DNA of 64,000 bases from Octopus vulgaris (GCA_951406725.2 OX597827.1:40176001-40240000), one strand, 5' to 3'. Shown: positions 11,671-25,003, counted from the first letter of the stretch. The notes: generated by a model from the sequence alone, not told the origin. Numbers and translations are program-made.

Positions 11671-14359
11671 ATGTGTGTGTGTGTGCAGGTTTATGTGCAT
11701 ATATTGAAGTGTATGTATATGTATTCATGTATATGTGTGCGTGAAAAGGGGAAACATTCTGTGTTTATCAGTTTTGCAGAAAGTAAAGTTGTTGAGGAAA
11801 CCTCAGTAGCAAGTTTTTTTCAGCTGAGGAGTTTGACCTTAAGAAACAGAAGGACAAACTGTTGAAAATCTATGCTGCAAATGATTAACAAATGTAATTA
11901 CAAAATAGAAAATGATAACATAGAGCGAAAACTGAAGATCATGATCATTAGTTGTAAAAATCCATTTATCAGTATCAATAGGAACATATATTGTTTAAGG
12001 GACTACTGATCATGAAGCAAGTCAAATATTGAAGTTAATCATGTATATTCACAAGGCTTCTGATACAAATTTACGTCAAAGCATAGTATTAAATATTTAA
12101 AGAGTTGTGGTGATATGGTATCCACTGATTGATTGTAGAGCAACTGAGAAATTTCTTAATGTATTGGCAAACATTATCACTGATAAAAATTTTTAATAAC
12201 AGATGAAGGTATACAATGGTGACAAAATAGCATTGTTCTGGTGTTATTGTGACAGGAAAGCATTCACTGCAGCTGATACACACATGCATGCACATGCACA
12301 TTTATATGTGTGTGTGTCTATATATAACGTGGATTGTCTGTATGTCTGCTTTGCATTCAGAAGCTACGAAACTAACATCTCCCAGACCATGTATAGTATT
12401 TATTATCTTACAAGGAAGATTTATGTAATGTTTATTTTGAGAAATAGCAGCCAAATCGCTCTCAAACCGCACCTTATTATCAGTGAATAAAGATGGAAAA
12501 AGGAAGCACGCGGAATTGGAGTTGTATTAGCAATAAGCTAAAACCGATAAAGTTGGAAAAGAGTAAATAAAAATAGATTAAAAAATACATCTCTCTTGAT
12601 ATCAGATTTTCTTCCTCCTTGGATCTCTCTTTAATTTTTTTCTCTTTCTATCATTCTCTCTCACACTCTCTCTCTCTTTTGCTCCCTCTCTCTCTCTCTT
12701 TTGCTCCCCCTCTCTCTCTTAGTCTCTCTTTCCTCTCTGTCTCACTCTCTGGAACAGTAGAATTGAGAGAGATAATGAACAAGAACCACATACAAAGAGA
12801 CAGATATAATTAGAGCGACAGCAGGGAAAATGGTGGCAATGGTTTTGTTTAGATTTTTATCACTATATCCTATGGCAGCTTCTGTAAACAATCATTGGGT
12901 TTCAACATTTTTTTAAGTTCTAGAAATAGCAGCCAAATCCTAATGGTCAATATGTGTTCATAGGTTTGTACAGAGCAATGTTGTCACAGCCTGATAGAAA
13001 TGGCTGATGAATCTCATTGAAATCTCAGGTATGGCTGTGTGGTAAGCAGTTTGCTTCCCAACCACATCATTCTCAGTTCAGTCCCACTGCATGGCACCTT
13101 GGGCAAGTGTCTTCTACTTTAGCCTCAGGAGTGGATTTGGTAAATGGAAACTGAAAGAAACCTGTCGTGTATACATATATATATATGTATGTATGTACTA
13201 GACTACCCATGACCCCTTGGGTCACCAGGCAAGTCTGAGTTTCCCAACAATGGAGTTTTGTTTTGTGGGAATTTTTTTTCTTTTCCAGGTTATTTTGCAT
13301 GCTTTCAATGAATGTAACATCGAAATCACACGTAAATGGCTCCTTTCGCCAGGAAAGGGAAGATTTGGCTGCTATTTCTTGCATGCCCTGCTACCATGTA
13401 GCAGATATTTCAGGTCCTTTATTGCAAATAGCTTTACATGGTTAGCAGGACATGCTAGAAATAGCAGCCAAATCTTTGGAGGTGAGATATGTCAACATAT
13501 CTCACCTCGAAAGAAACCTATGGAAAAAACTCTTTCACACTGAGGTTTCAAATGGGTCTTTTATGAAATATTTACTGTAATTTTAAAGTCATTTTCACTT
13601 CAAAATATTTGCCCTCATAATGTGTCTAATGGAATGGTTAGAGTTTCTTCCCTTCCCAGGTTAAGTTATTTTCAGAGTATGTTCTCATTATGCATTATTT
13701 TGGGTATTTATACTCCCAAAACCCTGAATAACCACTGGTTTGATTTACACAAAACTTGTTTTATTCCATTTGTATTCACATTTCAGGGGCACTTTACTTT
13801 CAAAGTATTTTCCTATTATGTGCCAGTTTGGCTGTGTAACATTGCAAGCAAGCAAGCAAGATTGTAATTCATTTTTTAATGTATTATATAGATAGATAGA
13901 TGTATGGATCTATGTATGTAGGTATATGTATTTAATTCTGTGTTTGGACATCACCACCACTTGACAACTGGTGTTGGTGTGTTTACATCTCTGTAACCTA
14001 GCAGTTCAGCAAAAGTGATTGATAGAACAAGTACGAGGCTCAAAGAGATAAGTCCTCTGGTCAATTAGTTTGCCTAAAATTCTTCAAGGCAGTGCCCCAG
14101 CATGGTCACAGTCAAATGACTGAAACAAGTAAAAGATAAAAAATAGTATCTTATGCTTGTATGAGCCAATTATCTTAGTTTTCAAAATAACCATGCAATT
14201 TCCATGGATACTGAGATTGTAAACCCAATCAATACTTTACCAGTATAAAATTTTGTTCTTGTAAACTATGGCTGGTCATCCTTCTATTAATAGTTCACCT
14301 TGTCATCAATATATGTGTGTGTGTGTGTATAAATATATATATACTTTCTTTTCTTTTAC

Positions 14360-14727
14360 TTTCTTTTGTTTCAGTCATTTGACTATGGTCATGCTCGAGC
14401 ACTGCCTTTAGTCAAGCAAATCGACTCCAGGACTTATTTTTTGTAAGCCTAGTACTTATTCTATCGGTGCCTCTTGCCAAACCGCTAAGTGACGGGGACA
14501 TAAACACACCAGCATCGGTTGTCAAGCAATGTTGGGTGGGGGGACAAACACAGGCATACAAACATATACATACATGTATGCATGCATACATACAACAGGC
14601 TTCTTTCAGTTTCCGCCTACCAAATCCACTCACAAGGCTCTGGTCGGCCCGAGGCTATAGTAGAAGACACTTGCCCAAGGTGCCATGCAGTGGGACTGAA
14701 ACCAGAACCATGTGGTTGGTAAGCAAG
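14360..14727 (-). mobile_element. SINE family B with truncated head
   Basis: Same consensus as 10310-10675; ends abruptly at the foldback element. Confidence 0.85.
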
Positions 14728-15043
14728 GTAGACGAACTTCAATTCATAATCCAAGTTAGAACAGAACCAATATACATTCTACAAATTGTTTCAGAGTCTA
14801 ATTAATTCCAAAGACAAAAACGAAGCGTTATTTGTTCATCCTCGTCTGGGCTATGAAAGGTCTTTGTATATCTTTGACAGTCGTAATTATTCATACCAGT
14901 ATGTAATTCCTCAGGAGGAATCTAACTTTTATTTCACAAAGAGTTTTTCATTTTCGTCTTTGGAATTAATTAGACTCTGAAACAATTTCTAGAATTTATG
15001 TTGGTTCTGTACCAATCTGGATTATGAATTAAAGTTTGTCTAC
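14728..15043. mobile_element. Foldback/MITE with ~95-bp imperfect inverted arms
   Basis: gtagacgaacttcaattcataatcca...aaattgtttcagagtctaattaattccaaagac pairs with gtctttggaattaattagactctgaaacaattt...tggattatgaattaaagtttgtctac. Confidence 0.85.
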
Positions 15044-15139
15044 ATTTGCAATTTTCCTTTCCTTATACTTCATTTGTTGTTTTTGCAAATACTGAATATA
15101 TATCTTTATAATTATTTTTTACTTGGACTGTACCGACGG

Positions 15140-15518
15140 ACTTGGATGCTTGACATCAGGATAATGCTAGGCCAGGATAATACAGTGAGGATGACATTCC
15201 AAGGGCTGGAGCAGTTTGAATGGGAAACAATGCCCCTACCACCATAATCGCCAGGCATTACCCCATTTGATTATCATTTATTCCTCAGTCTTCAAAATCA
15301 TTTGGACGGAAAAAATATGAATTCTGTAGACAAGGTCAGAACAGTATTGGAAGAGTATTTTTTGTCTCAGTCAAGTGAATTTTGGAAGAAGGGTCTTGCA
15401 AGTCTACCAGATAGATGAAGGAGGATATATTTTAGATTAAAAAAGAACTTTGTTTATCTTAATTTTGTAAAATAAAAGAAGAAAAAAAAATCCGCATTAT
15501 TTATGTGATGACTTAATA
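15140..15518 (+). mobile_element. Mariner transposase C-terminal relic with right TIR
   Basis: Translates HQDNARP...DYHLFLSLQNHLDGK...FWKKGLASLPDR; ends cgcattatttatgtgatgacttaata. Confidence 0.8.
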
Positions 15519-15959
15519 CTTAACAATCCTTCTATCTGGCTATCCACTTTTATCAATCCATCTATCTAAATACCTTCTCCTCTCAGTATCTCTGGTATGT
15601 GGAGTGTTTAAAAATTGTTGTAATAACTTCATTATTTACCATCAGGTCTCATATTAACCCTTACGAAAAAAACAAACATGTAATTATGATACAGAAATAC
15701 ATTATCTTTATTATTATTTCTAACAGCATTAAAGAAGGCAAATGACTGGCAAAGTTGTTAAAGCATCAGTTAAAATGTGTTGCATTACTTGTTCCAGCTC
15801 TTTACATTCTGGTTTCAAATCCTGCAAGGACAATTTAACCTTTCATCCTTCTGGTGTCAATAAAATAAAGCACCAAGGCACTGGGGTCAGTGGTATTGGT
15901 TAAACCCACTTCCCCAAATTTCAGGTCTTCTGCTTATATTTGAAACAGTAGTGTAAAGG

Positions 15960-16740
15960 TGAAGTTTCTGCACATTCTAAGTTCAAATCTCACTCAAATC
16001 CTACTTAGCTATTTCCGAAGGGTCAGGAACGGAGCACGTATGTATGGGTCAAAGCTGAACCCCAGGAGAGATTGCATCTGATGGAGTGTGGATCTAAGAA
16101 AGCTCCAGTAGAAGTAACCAATACAAAAGGTGAGAAATGGGTGGGGGCCATAGGCAGTTATGCCAGGAGATTTGTGTACCAGGCGGCAAGCTGGCAGAAA
16201 CGTTAGCATGTCGGGCGAAATGCATAGCCGTATTTCGTCTGCCATTGTGTTCTGAGTTCAAATTCCACCAAGGTAGACTTTGCCTTTCATCCTTTCGGGG
16301 TCGATAAATTAAGTACCAGTTATGCACTGGGGTCGATGTAATCGACTTAATACCTATGTCTGTCCTTGTTTAGCCCCTTGTGGGTAATAAAGAAATAGGT
16401 AGCTGAAAGCTATGCTGATGCTAAGGGCAATAACACTGTTTGCACCAAATTTCACAAGAATGAGAGCCTGTCGGTGAGTGATGTAGGAGAGTAAGTTTCA
16501 GTTAGAACTAAATTTACAAAAGCCATGTTGATGGCCATTAAGGAGGAAGAGAGAGTCAAAATGTCGGAGAAGGTTGTTGTTGATGGCTATCTCCTGCACA
16601 TTTGAGAGGTTGGAAGTAAGTGTGATAGAATGATAATTAGCTGGTTATCATCTCCCACTGGGAAAGTGATAAATTCCATATCTCATATCCCATTCCCAAG
16701 AAGTAAAATAGGACACATTACAGCATGTTTCCAAAGATCA
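15960..16740 (-). mobile_element. Decayed LINE RT fragment (CR1/Jockey-like), interrupted by a SINE A at about 16181-16400 (+)
   Basis: The - strand translates PANYHSITLTSNLSNVQEIAINNNLLRHFDSLFLLNGHQHGFCK, a degenerate NYRPISL...QHGFR RT motif. Confidence 0.7.
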
Positions 16741-16797
16741 AATATTATCCCTATAAGAGAGAGACATTTTATTTACCAATTATTTTTCTACTTTCAG

Positions 16798-16894
16798 CTG
16801 TAGGAAAAACCAGTCTTATCATTCGTTATGTTGGCGGTATATTCAGCAAGCACGTCAGCCCAACGATAGGGGCCTCATTTTTCACACATAAATT
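16798..16894 (+). CDS. RabX1-like GTPase, coding exon 2: (A)VGKTSLIIRYVGGIFSKHVSPTIGASFFTHK
   Basis: Acceptor tttttctactttcag; completes G1 GSQAVGKT and switch I TIGASF (Rab5/21/22 group); donor gtaagt; 97 nt, phase 1 to 2. Confidence 0.93.
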
Positions 16895-17279
16895 GTAAGT
16901 TGCTTTTTCACATTTGTTCATGTTTACATTGATGTTGTTATTCTCTTTTACTTCTTTTCTTACTTTAGTAATGTGGTGTGTGATTAATATTGTAAGAATC
17001 AAGTTTTACAAATGAAATGACAATTGTAATATACATAATTAATTACTGAAAACCAATGCCACACTTTCTAATTCATTGTTAATTCACAGGGAGGAAGCTC
17101 AGCAAAAATAGCATTTACAGTTGATCAGACAATGAAATGTTGGCATTCCCATGTTGCTTACCATCAGCTCTTGTCCTGTGATACATTTTTTTAATGACTT
17201 AGTCAGACGAAGAAAGGAAACACCCTGTGACCTTTTGTAGGACATTTCAGACAAAGTGAGGAAGAAATCATGCGATAGG

Positions 17280-17642
17280 CATGGCTGATTCGTTAAGAAT
17301 TTCACTTAACAATCACATGGTTTTGGGTTCAGTCCCACTGCATGGCACCTTGAGCAAGTGTCTTCTACTATAGCTCTGGGCCAACGAATACCTTGCTTTG
17401 TGAGTGAATTTGAAAGAAACTGTGTGGAAGCCTGTCATGTATAAGTGTGTGTACTGCTTGATAACTGGTTGGTGTTGGTTTGTTTATGTCCCTGTCGCAT
17501 ATAGGTTCAGCAAAAGAGATCAATAGAATAAGTACCAGACTTTAAAAAATAAATACCGGAGTTGATTTGTTTGACTAAACCCCTTCATGGTGATGCCCCA
17601 GCATAGCCACAGTCCAATAAATAAAACAAGTAAAAGATAAAA
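17280..17642 (+). mobile_element. SINE family B (older copy)
   Basis: gggttcagtcccactgcatggcaccttgagcaagtgtcttctactatagc...tagaataagtacc...gccccagcatagccacagtc. Confidence 0.8.
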
Positions 17643-17954
17643 AGGTAACACATAATGATCTGGAGTTAACTATCTTTACATTGAAAGGCCTGGTCTAAAT
17701 TCTTGCAAGAGAGGGGAATACACTAAAGGTATCTGAAGGCCAGACGTTAATATTAAACTAAGTGACAGATAGTCTGTACGTCAACATCTATGAAAAAATT
17801 TAGACAGGAAGGGTTAGAGGATCCTTTATTATCTATAAATTCAGAGTAGTAATGTCTTTTTTCACTAAGAAATGAAGGCGTCTAACCTAACTTATCCACT
17901 CCCCTTAAAACTGCTGGCTTTGTGCCAAAATTGAAACCATTATTATTATTATTT

Positions 17955-18265
17955 TCCAATTGATTTGCATTTTATTTCATCTCCTGACCGGGTCTCAGCC
18001 AGAGACCTAAGGCACATATATATATTAGATAGAGAGAAACTTCCTGAGATTGTGGGTGGTTGACATCAACGCAATTTTTTGAGTCTCATAGCTTGTTGGT
18101 TTCCCAGGGACCTGGTCAGAAACTTTGTCAGTACTTTTCTTGATTGTTCCCAGGACACCTACAACAAGAGTGGTGGTTTAAGTTTTTAATTGCCATGTTT
18201 TAGATATCTCAATCTCAAGGTCCTTATATTTCGACAATCTTTCAAATTCCTTTGCTAAGATGTTG
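17955..18265 (-). mobile_element. 5'-truncated R4/Dong-clade (REL endonuclease) LINE 3' end
   Basis: The - strand translates KEFERLSKYKDLEIEISKTWQLKT...VVGVLGTIKK...VPG...QKIALMSTTHNLRKFL*; ends at a (TAA)n tract, the usual Dong target. Confidence 0.75.
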
Positions 18266-18268
18266 CTA

Positions 18269-18397
18269 TCTTCTTCTTCTTCTTCTTCTTCTTCTTCTTC
18301 TTCTTCTTCTTCTTCTTCTTCTTCTTCTTCTTCTTCTTCTCCTTCTTCTTCTTCTTCTTCTTCTTCTCCTTCTTCTTCTTCTTCTTCTTCTTCTTCT
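18269..18397. repeat. (TTC)n microsatellite, about 43 units
   Basis: Direct reading; two CTC interruptions. Confidence 0.98.
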
Positions 18398-18769
18398 ACT
18401 ATTATTATTATATATTTATTATATGTTGTTGTTGTAAATTGGAGGAATTATTAAACATCAGACAAAAGGTTCTTTATGTTCTGTATTCAAGATGATAACT
18501 TGATATTGCTTATGGTGGTTGACAAGAAACCATTGTATAATAAACAGAAAAGGTCAGAGAGAGAATAAAGCAAAAGTTTTAAGTAGAAACTTTTGTAAGA
18601 TCATAGCTTTCCATATTACTATCCTTGTCTTTACATGCCATTGTTTCAAAGCATGTAGTAAAATAACTGTCGTTATTTTGAAACCAATATTAAGGACCTA
18701 AATTAACATGGAATTTTGAGGGAAAGTTTTGATTCAGATCTGTTTAAAATGAGTTTGTTGCTTTTTGAA

Positions 18770-19237
18770 ATCAAAATCAAAATCAAATTCGATGACTGGC
18801 ATCCATGCTAGTGGAGTGCTAAGAGCACCATCCGAGCGTGATTGTTGCCAGTGCAGCTAACTGGCTTCCATGCCAGTGACACGTAAAAAGCACCATTTGA
18901 GTGTGATCGTTACCAGCATTGCCTTACTGGCATGTGAAAAAACATTTGAGCGAGGTCGTTGCCAGTGCTGCTGGACTGGCTCCTGTGCAGGTGGCACATA
19001 AAAAACACCATTTGAGCATGGCCATTGCCAGTACCACCTGAGTGGCCCTCATGCCGGTAGCACATAAAAGCACCCACTACACTGTCAGAGTGGTTGGCAT
19101 TAGGAAGGGCATCCAGCTGTAGAAACTCTGCCAGATCAAGATTGGAGCCTGGTGCAGCCATCTGGTTTGCCAGTCCTCGGTCAAATCGTCCAACCCATGC
19201 TAGCATGGAAAGCGGACGTTAAACGATGATGATGATG
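18770..19237 (+). mobile_element. SINE family C with internal tandem repeats
   Basis: Repeated ggcacgtaaaaagcaccatttgagcgtg.tcgttgccag units, then the conserved 3' part and (GAT)n tail. Confidence 0.8.
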
Positions 19238-19449
19238 AAGTTTGTATCATAGAACCCAGGGTAATCCTCAGGCACGTTAGTATGAGAAGGGTTAAAGTGT
19301 ATTCTTTTACTTGTTTCAGTCATTTGATTGCGGCCATGCTGGAACACTGCCTACTCACAATATTTATGTCTACATAGATCTCCAATTATTGGCAGGAGTT
19401 TTATTTCTGCATATATACATAGTTCTCTGCCACAAAGTCCAATCCTGAT

Positions 19450-20215
19450 TGCACTGTAGTGCCTTATGTGCCTCAATTACTCTGCGAGATATGCCTACAG
19501 GGTGCAAGCTCTTGGTAAGGGCCTCCCATAACTGAGTAAGTTAAGGGGTCAAAGGATAGAGGCCAGACTAATATTGGTTTCAAATTTTGGCACCAGGCCA
19601 GCAATTTTAGGGGAAGGTTAGGTTGATTACATTGACCCCAGTGTTCAACTGGTACTTATTTTATCAACCCCGAAAGTCATCCTTAGTGGAATTTGAACCA
19701 GAATGTAGAGACAGATGAAATACTGCTAAGAATTTTACTCAACATGCTAATGATTCTGTCAGCTCACTGCCTTAGAGGCCAGACTATTATTGGTTTCAAA
19801 TTTCAACTCGAGGCCAGCAATTTTAGGGGAGGGGTAGGTTAATTACCTTGGCTCCAGGGATCAACTGGTATTTATTTTATCAACCCCAAAAGGATGAAAG
19901 GAATTTGAACTCAGAATGTAAAGGTGGATGAAATGCTGCTAAGCATTTTGCCTGACATGCTAATGATTCTACCAGCTCACTGCCTTAGCAGCCAGACTGA
20001 TATTGATCACCTCTTCCTAGAGGTAAAAATAGGTTTGCTTAGGCCCACCACCCATATCTAGAAAAAAGCAGTATTCCAAAAGCATCAACGATTGTTCAAA
20101 ACCAACAAGACCTGAGAGAGGAAAAGACAGCCCAGTGTTGAGAACAGTGGAGAAAAGTAATCAATAGCCTATGCCTCATATGGAGCAAACAGCTTCAGTA
20201 TGTAGTAAGTACGTA
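19450..20215 (+). mobile_element. Interspersed repeat (family D) carrying two tandem SINE A insertions (-)
   Basis: Homologous to the uninterrupted copy at about 22530-22860; the target agaggccagacta(a)tattg occurs three times. Confidence 0.75.
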
Positions 20216-21129
20216 GTCCCAGACTGGATTCAGTTGCATTTAACTTGAAATTCTTCTCTGGTAATTGATACCTGCCTTTAAGTGATCTGATTCAAAAAGG
20301 TTCACTGTCTTATTGTTATGCTGTATAGCTTCTTAAATATCATTGTCAACATCATCATCGTTTAACATCCGCTTTCCATGCTAGCATGGGTTGGACGATT
20401 TGACCGAGGTCTGGCGAACCAGATGGCTTCACCAGACTCCAATCTGATCTGGCAGAGTTCTACAGCTGGATGCCCTTCCTAACGCCAACCACTCCAAAAG
20501 TGTAGTGGATGCTTTTACATGCCTCCGGCACGAGGGCCAGTCAGGTGGTACTGGCAATGGTGCTTTTTATGTGCCACCTGCACATAGAAATGGCTTCTCG
20601 TTTAATGACTTGCCAGATTCCGTTTTTTCTTTCTTTCTTTTTTTTTGCAGGAGGAGTCACTTTTCTTGATATCATCTTATATAGACATATACCACACACA
20701 CCATAGCTCATCTTCTCTATCCTTGGCACATTGAAGGCAAATCAAGTGCTTTAAGTCTAGCCACACATGTATGCAAGCATTGATCCTGTTTCAGCCTACC
20801 TCTTTGCAAAGGATTACCATATTGTGCAGTGTTGCAGTTTATTGAAGATATTAAGTCTGGTTGCAATCTAAACAGAGATAAGGATTCACAGATACAAATG
20901 TGTGCAGATAAACAACTGAATGATATGTATCCTCAGATGAGAGATAAATTTTCCTCTGGCCAGAATATAATTCATTCCTTCTCTGGCTTCAGTCATTGGA
21001 CAAACTTGAAAACTAGTGTTGATTTTATGGACTTCTTTTTTTTTACCTAAAGTCACTGCTTCACTCACATAATACCATCAACTAAAAAAATAAGAATTTT
21101 ATGTTTACCTGAGCCAAACAGGTTACTCT

Positions 21130-21465
21130 TTTACTTCTTTCCTTTAGTCAAGCAAATCGACCACAAGACTTATTCTGTGTAAGCCTAGTACGTATTCTAT
21201 TGGTTTCTTTTGCTAAGTTATGGGGACGTAAACACACCAGCATCGGTTGTCAAGTGATGTTGGGGAGACGGACACACAAACACTCACACATATATATGCA
21301 TATATACGATGGGCTTCTTTCAGTTTCCATCTACCAAATCCACTCACAAGGCTTTGATTGACTCGAGGCTACAGTAGAAGACTCTTGCCCAAAGTGCCAC
21401 GCAGTGGGACTGAACCCGGAACCATGTGGCTGGTAATCAAGCTACTTACCACATAGCCACTCCAG
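21130..21465 (-). mobile_element. SINE family B
   Basis: Family B consensus, just upstream of Rab exon 3. Confidence 0.85.
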
Positions 21466-21645
21466 CGTTCTGAACCTTTGTTAAAGTCATCATTTGTCTT
21501 TTTTTTATATTTCATGTTATATTTTATTCTAATTCCAACAATTTTTTGCTGTATTTTTCTTTGCATTTTTTCTTTGCATTTTTTCTTTTATTATTTTTTA
21601 TTAATTAATTTACTAATTGGTTAATTTTAATTATGCATTTTGTAG

Positions 21646-21715
21646 GACTCTGGACAAATATAGAATTAAGCTACAAGTATGGGATACTGCCGGACAGGAA
21701 CGATTTCGCTCCATG
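21646..21715 (+). CDS. RabX1-like GTPase, coding exon 3: (L)TLDKYRIKLQVWDTAGQERFRSM
   Basis: Acceptor ttttgtag; G3 motif WDTAGQERF; donor gtaaaa; 70 nt, phase 2 to 0. Confidence 0.96.
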
Positions 21716-23760
21716 GTAAAATTTTCATATCCTTATCAATGCATGTGTGTGCTGAGTTCTCTTTTGATGTATATCCCTTCCTCACTTCACCGCAACACTA
21801 TCCAGTTTCAGCTAAATATACTATGTTCTGTAGCTGTTTAGCAAGTTTTTAGCCCACTAATTTAATATTATGTTTGGTCATCCTTCGATAGCTGTAGGAA
21901 TTAATCCAGTGAGGAACAACAACAACTTGTATAAGTTTTCAAAGACATCATGTACATGGAGTATTTATTCCAATCCGGGATGAGAGTATTTTACCCAGCT
22001 TGTATATTAACATTCAACAGAACAGAATGGAAGTTGAATAAGAAAAGGATTTTGTCTTGCTGCCTTCCATGAATGGTATTGAAGATTTAACAAAATTCAA
22101 ATCAACGCGGGGTTGTCCCATAGCAGGAACAGAGATGTAGAAGACGTAGTTAGCTGCAGTCCGTGTGGGAGAGAAGAGGATGTTACTTGGCTGTGCGCAC
22201 CTTTTTATAGCTATCTAACGAGCGTCACCTAGTTGTTAACTATATGACAGGGGAGATAACTCTAGATGACTCTCATCAAAACATGACAACACTGGATTCA
22301 AATAAGGTTGTCATGGTAGTGGTGAAACATCAATGGTGCCTGTTATTTCTGCCACACTTAAGCTTTTATAATACCATTTCAATCCAACCAGCTGATGTTC
22401 ATCTACAGCTACATTAAAACTTCAGTATACCTTTGCTGGTTGGTCTCTGTTGGTTTTTAGGTCTACCTGTTCAGAATGGCTAATTGCAGTTTGGGCTCTT
22501 GTGATTTGTCCTGACCATCAGCACAAGGTCCACTCCCTGTTGTGTTGTGGTGGCTTGTGCGCCTTCATGATCCTGAGAGCACAGGCTCCTGGTAGGGCCT
22601 CCCATGCTGGACAGGTCAGAGGGTCAAAGGATAGAGGCCAGACTAATATGGGCCACTTCTTCCTGGAGGTAAAAATGGGTTAGCATTGGGTCAGCACCCC
22701 TACCTAGAAAAAGAGTTACAGAAGCATCAGTGACAATACAAAACCAACAACATCTGGGAGATGAAAGCCTTAAATAAAGCCTGGAGTCAAGAACAGTGAT
22801 GAAAAGTCATCAATAGCCTATATTTCATAGGGAGTGAATGGCTTAAGTAAGTATGTAAGTAGCAACACCAGGGTGAGATTTGGGCTCATGACACAAGGAT
22901 CCAGAACAGATAACACAAGGTACACAAGGCATCTTGTCCAACACTTAAATAATTTTGCTAATTTCCAACTCTGCATTGTTTAGCAATTGATCACAAAAGA
23001 ATTTAAGACACAGTAGACTTCAGTGTAGTTTGAACTCTAAATGCAGAGAGCAAGAATGAATACTGTAAGGCAATCCAGCCAACACTCTATTAGCTCTGCA
23101 AATCAAACTACCTTACTTACATTGCATCTCCAGTCTGGAGCCATTCTTGCATCCTATCCAGAATATCTATCTACTGGAAGATTGGAATCTTGTGCAGCTC
23201 CTTAGCTTGCCAGCCCTGGTCAAACCGTCCAACTCATGCCAGCATGGACAATATGATGATGATGATGATGCACAAGATTCCAACTGACTAACCAACTTAT
23301 TCTCTCTTCCCACCAATACCACTCAGCTGGTTTACCAAGCTTTCTATTCAAAGAAATATTCTTAGAGTTAACTCATGCTGAACTTAGCTCAGATATTTGC
23401 TCCCTTTCCTTCTTTTCTCAAGCTGGGTACCTTAAAATCAAACCTTGAATTGCCCTCTTCTTTCACTTGAATCTAAACCATAAGCTACTATTTGCTGTCT
23501 CTTGAATTTTTGTTTATACTAACACTTCAACTGATTCTTTTGCAAACTTTTACACAGATTCCTTTATAACCCTAAAGCTGACTCCTTCCAAGTTACTCTT
23601 TGTTTGAACTTCACATTAACTCTTTTTTTTAATCCTGGATTGAATCCCATGTGTTTAATTTCAAATTAGCTCCTTCCTTGTCTTGGACAGTAAATTGACT
23701 TTTTGTGTTGAACATGAAGGCCTGAAGCTAATCTCTTGTACTGAAACTCTTCTTCCACAG

Positions 23761-23854
23761 GCCCCTATGTATTATAGAAAGGCTAATGCTGCATTACTGA
23801 TGTATGATATCACATGTAAAGATAGCTATTATGAAATCAAGGACTGGGTCAAAG
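23761..23854 (+). CDS. RabX1-like GTPase, coding exon 4: APMYYRKANAALLMYDITCKDSYYEIKDWVK
   Basis: Acceptor cttccacag; APMYYR..AA..YDIT Rab5-group signature; donor gtaaga; 94 nt, phase 0 to 1. Confidence 0.95.
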
Positions 23855-24348
23855 GTAAGACACAAACCTTTTATAATTTGTGTGTGAGTAGGTGTTTAAT
23901 TTTAAATTTTAGTTAATTTTGTAAAATTGCATTTTTATCCCTTTGCATTTCAAATTGGAACCTGCGAGTGTTGAATTTGCTTTCATCCATCTTTGTGGGG
24001 TGAAGTGAGTTGAGGTTTGGTAAGATAAAGGATTGAACTACCATTGTTAGATATACTATGTCTGAAAAAAATAAAAAGGTAAGAGGGTCCTGACTATAAT
24101 ATGGTTGGTCATAAGCCTGCTTGATCAGAGCTGATCTGTAGCTAAACAACCAGGATAACAATATGTGCCAACAAAGGAACTGCTATGCAGATGCATGACA
24201 TTTGGGAAATAGTAACCAAATCTCCCTCAGATCACACCATATTATCTTTAAGAAGGAAAGATACATTAAGTAATGTTGTTCTTGGTATACAAAGTTTAGA
24301 AAGATGGGATGGTCTGTTGAATAAGGGATGAACTGAGGCTAAGCAGTA

Positions 24349-24800
24349 TAATAATAATAATAATAATGAAATTATTGTATACAGTGCTCAGGTGCACCAC
24401 AACTTGTCAGAAAGTGCATATAAAGTACATGCAGTAATGTAAAAATGTCTGGAAAGCGAACATGCTTGTGTATGTATCAAGTGTAGTGTTGGCGAATCTC
24501 AGGAAGCATGGAAGTTTTGAAGGATGCAGTGCTCCGACAACTAACAACCGATGCCGGCAGTTTTTTCCATGCTTCAGCAACTCTCAGCGTGAAAAAATGT
24601 TTCCTGAAGTCATGGGAGCTGTGGTGTTTTCTTACTTTGTAAATATGTCCACGGGTGTTAGATGGGTGGAGTTTGAAGAGGTGCTCAGAGTTATTGTTTG
24701 TGCGATGGTTGATAATTTTATGGGTGTCTGCCAAGTCAGCTGCCAGACGTCGGAGTTTCAATGTGTCCATGCCCAGGGAAGTAAGGCGTTCAGTAAGAAT
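24349..24800 (-). mobile_element. 5'-truncated CR1-like LINE 3' end with (TTA)n tail
   Basis: ORF 24477-24806: ERLTSLGMDTLKLRRLAADL..THKII...NTRGH.YK...RKHFFTLRVAEAWKKLP.SVV...FK. Confidence 0.88.
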
Positions 24801-25003
24801 AACCAAAGATTTTTTATAGAAAACATTGTTCCAAAAATGGATATTAAATGTCTAAGTTTGTGCAAAGTGGAGAAATGATTTAATGAGGTTAATAGCAAAC
24901 AAGAAATAAAGGAATTATAAAAAAAAAACCATCTGTACAGCTATGTATTAATGGTTTATATTTGATTGTAACGCTTGACTTTTTTTTTACCTTTTATTTT
25001 CAG

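Noticed and set aside
10482-14805. Recurring similar ORFs (RLPNPLTRLWSARGYSRRHLPKVPCSGTEP) suggesting a gene family
   Set aside because: Antisense readings of SINE B copies; no splice structure or consistent start.
18252-18454. Poly-Leu and poly-Ser ORFs
   Set aside because: Frames of the (TTC)n microsatellite.
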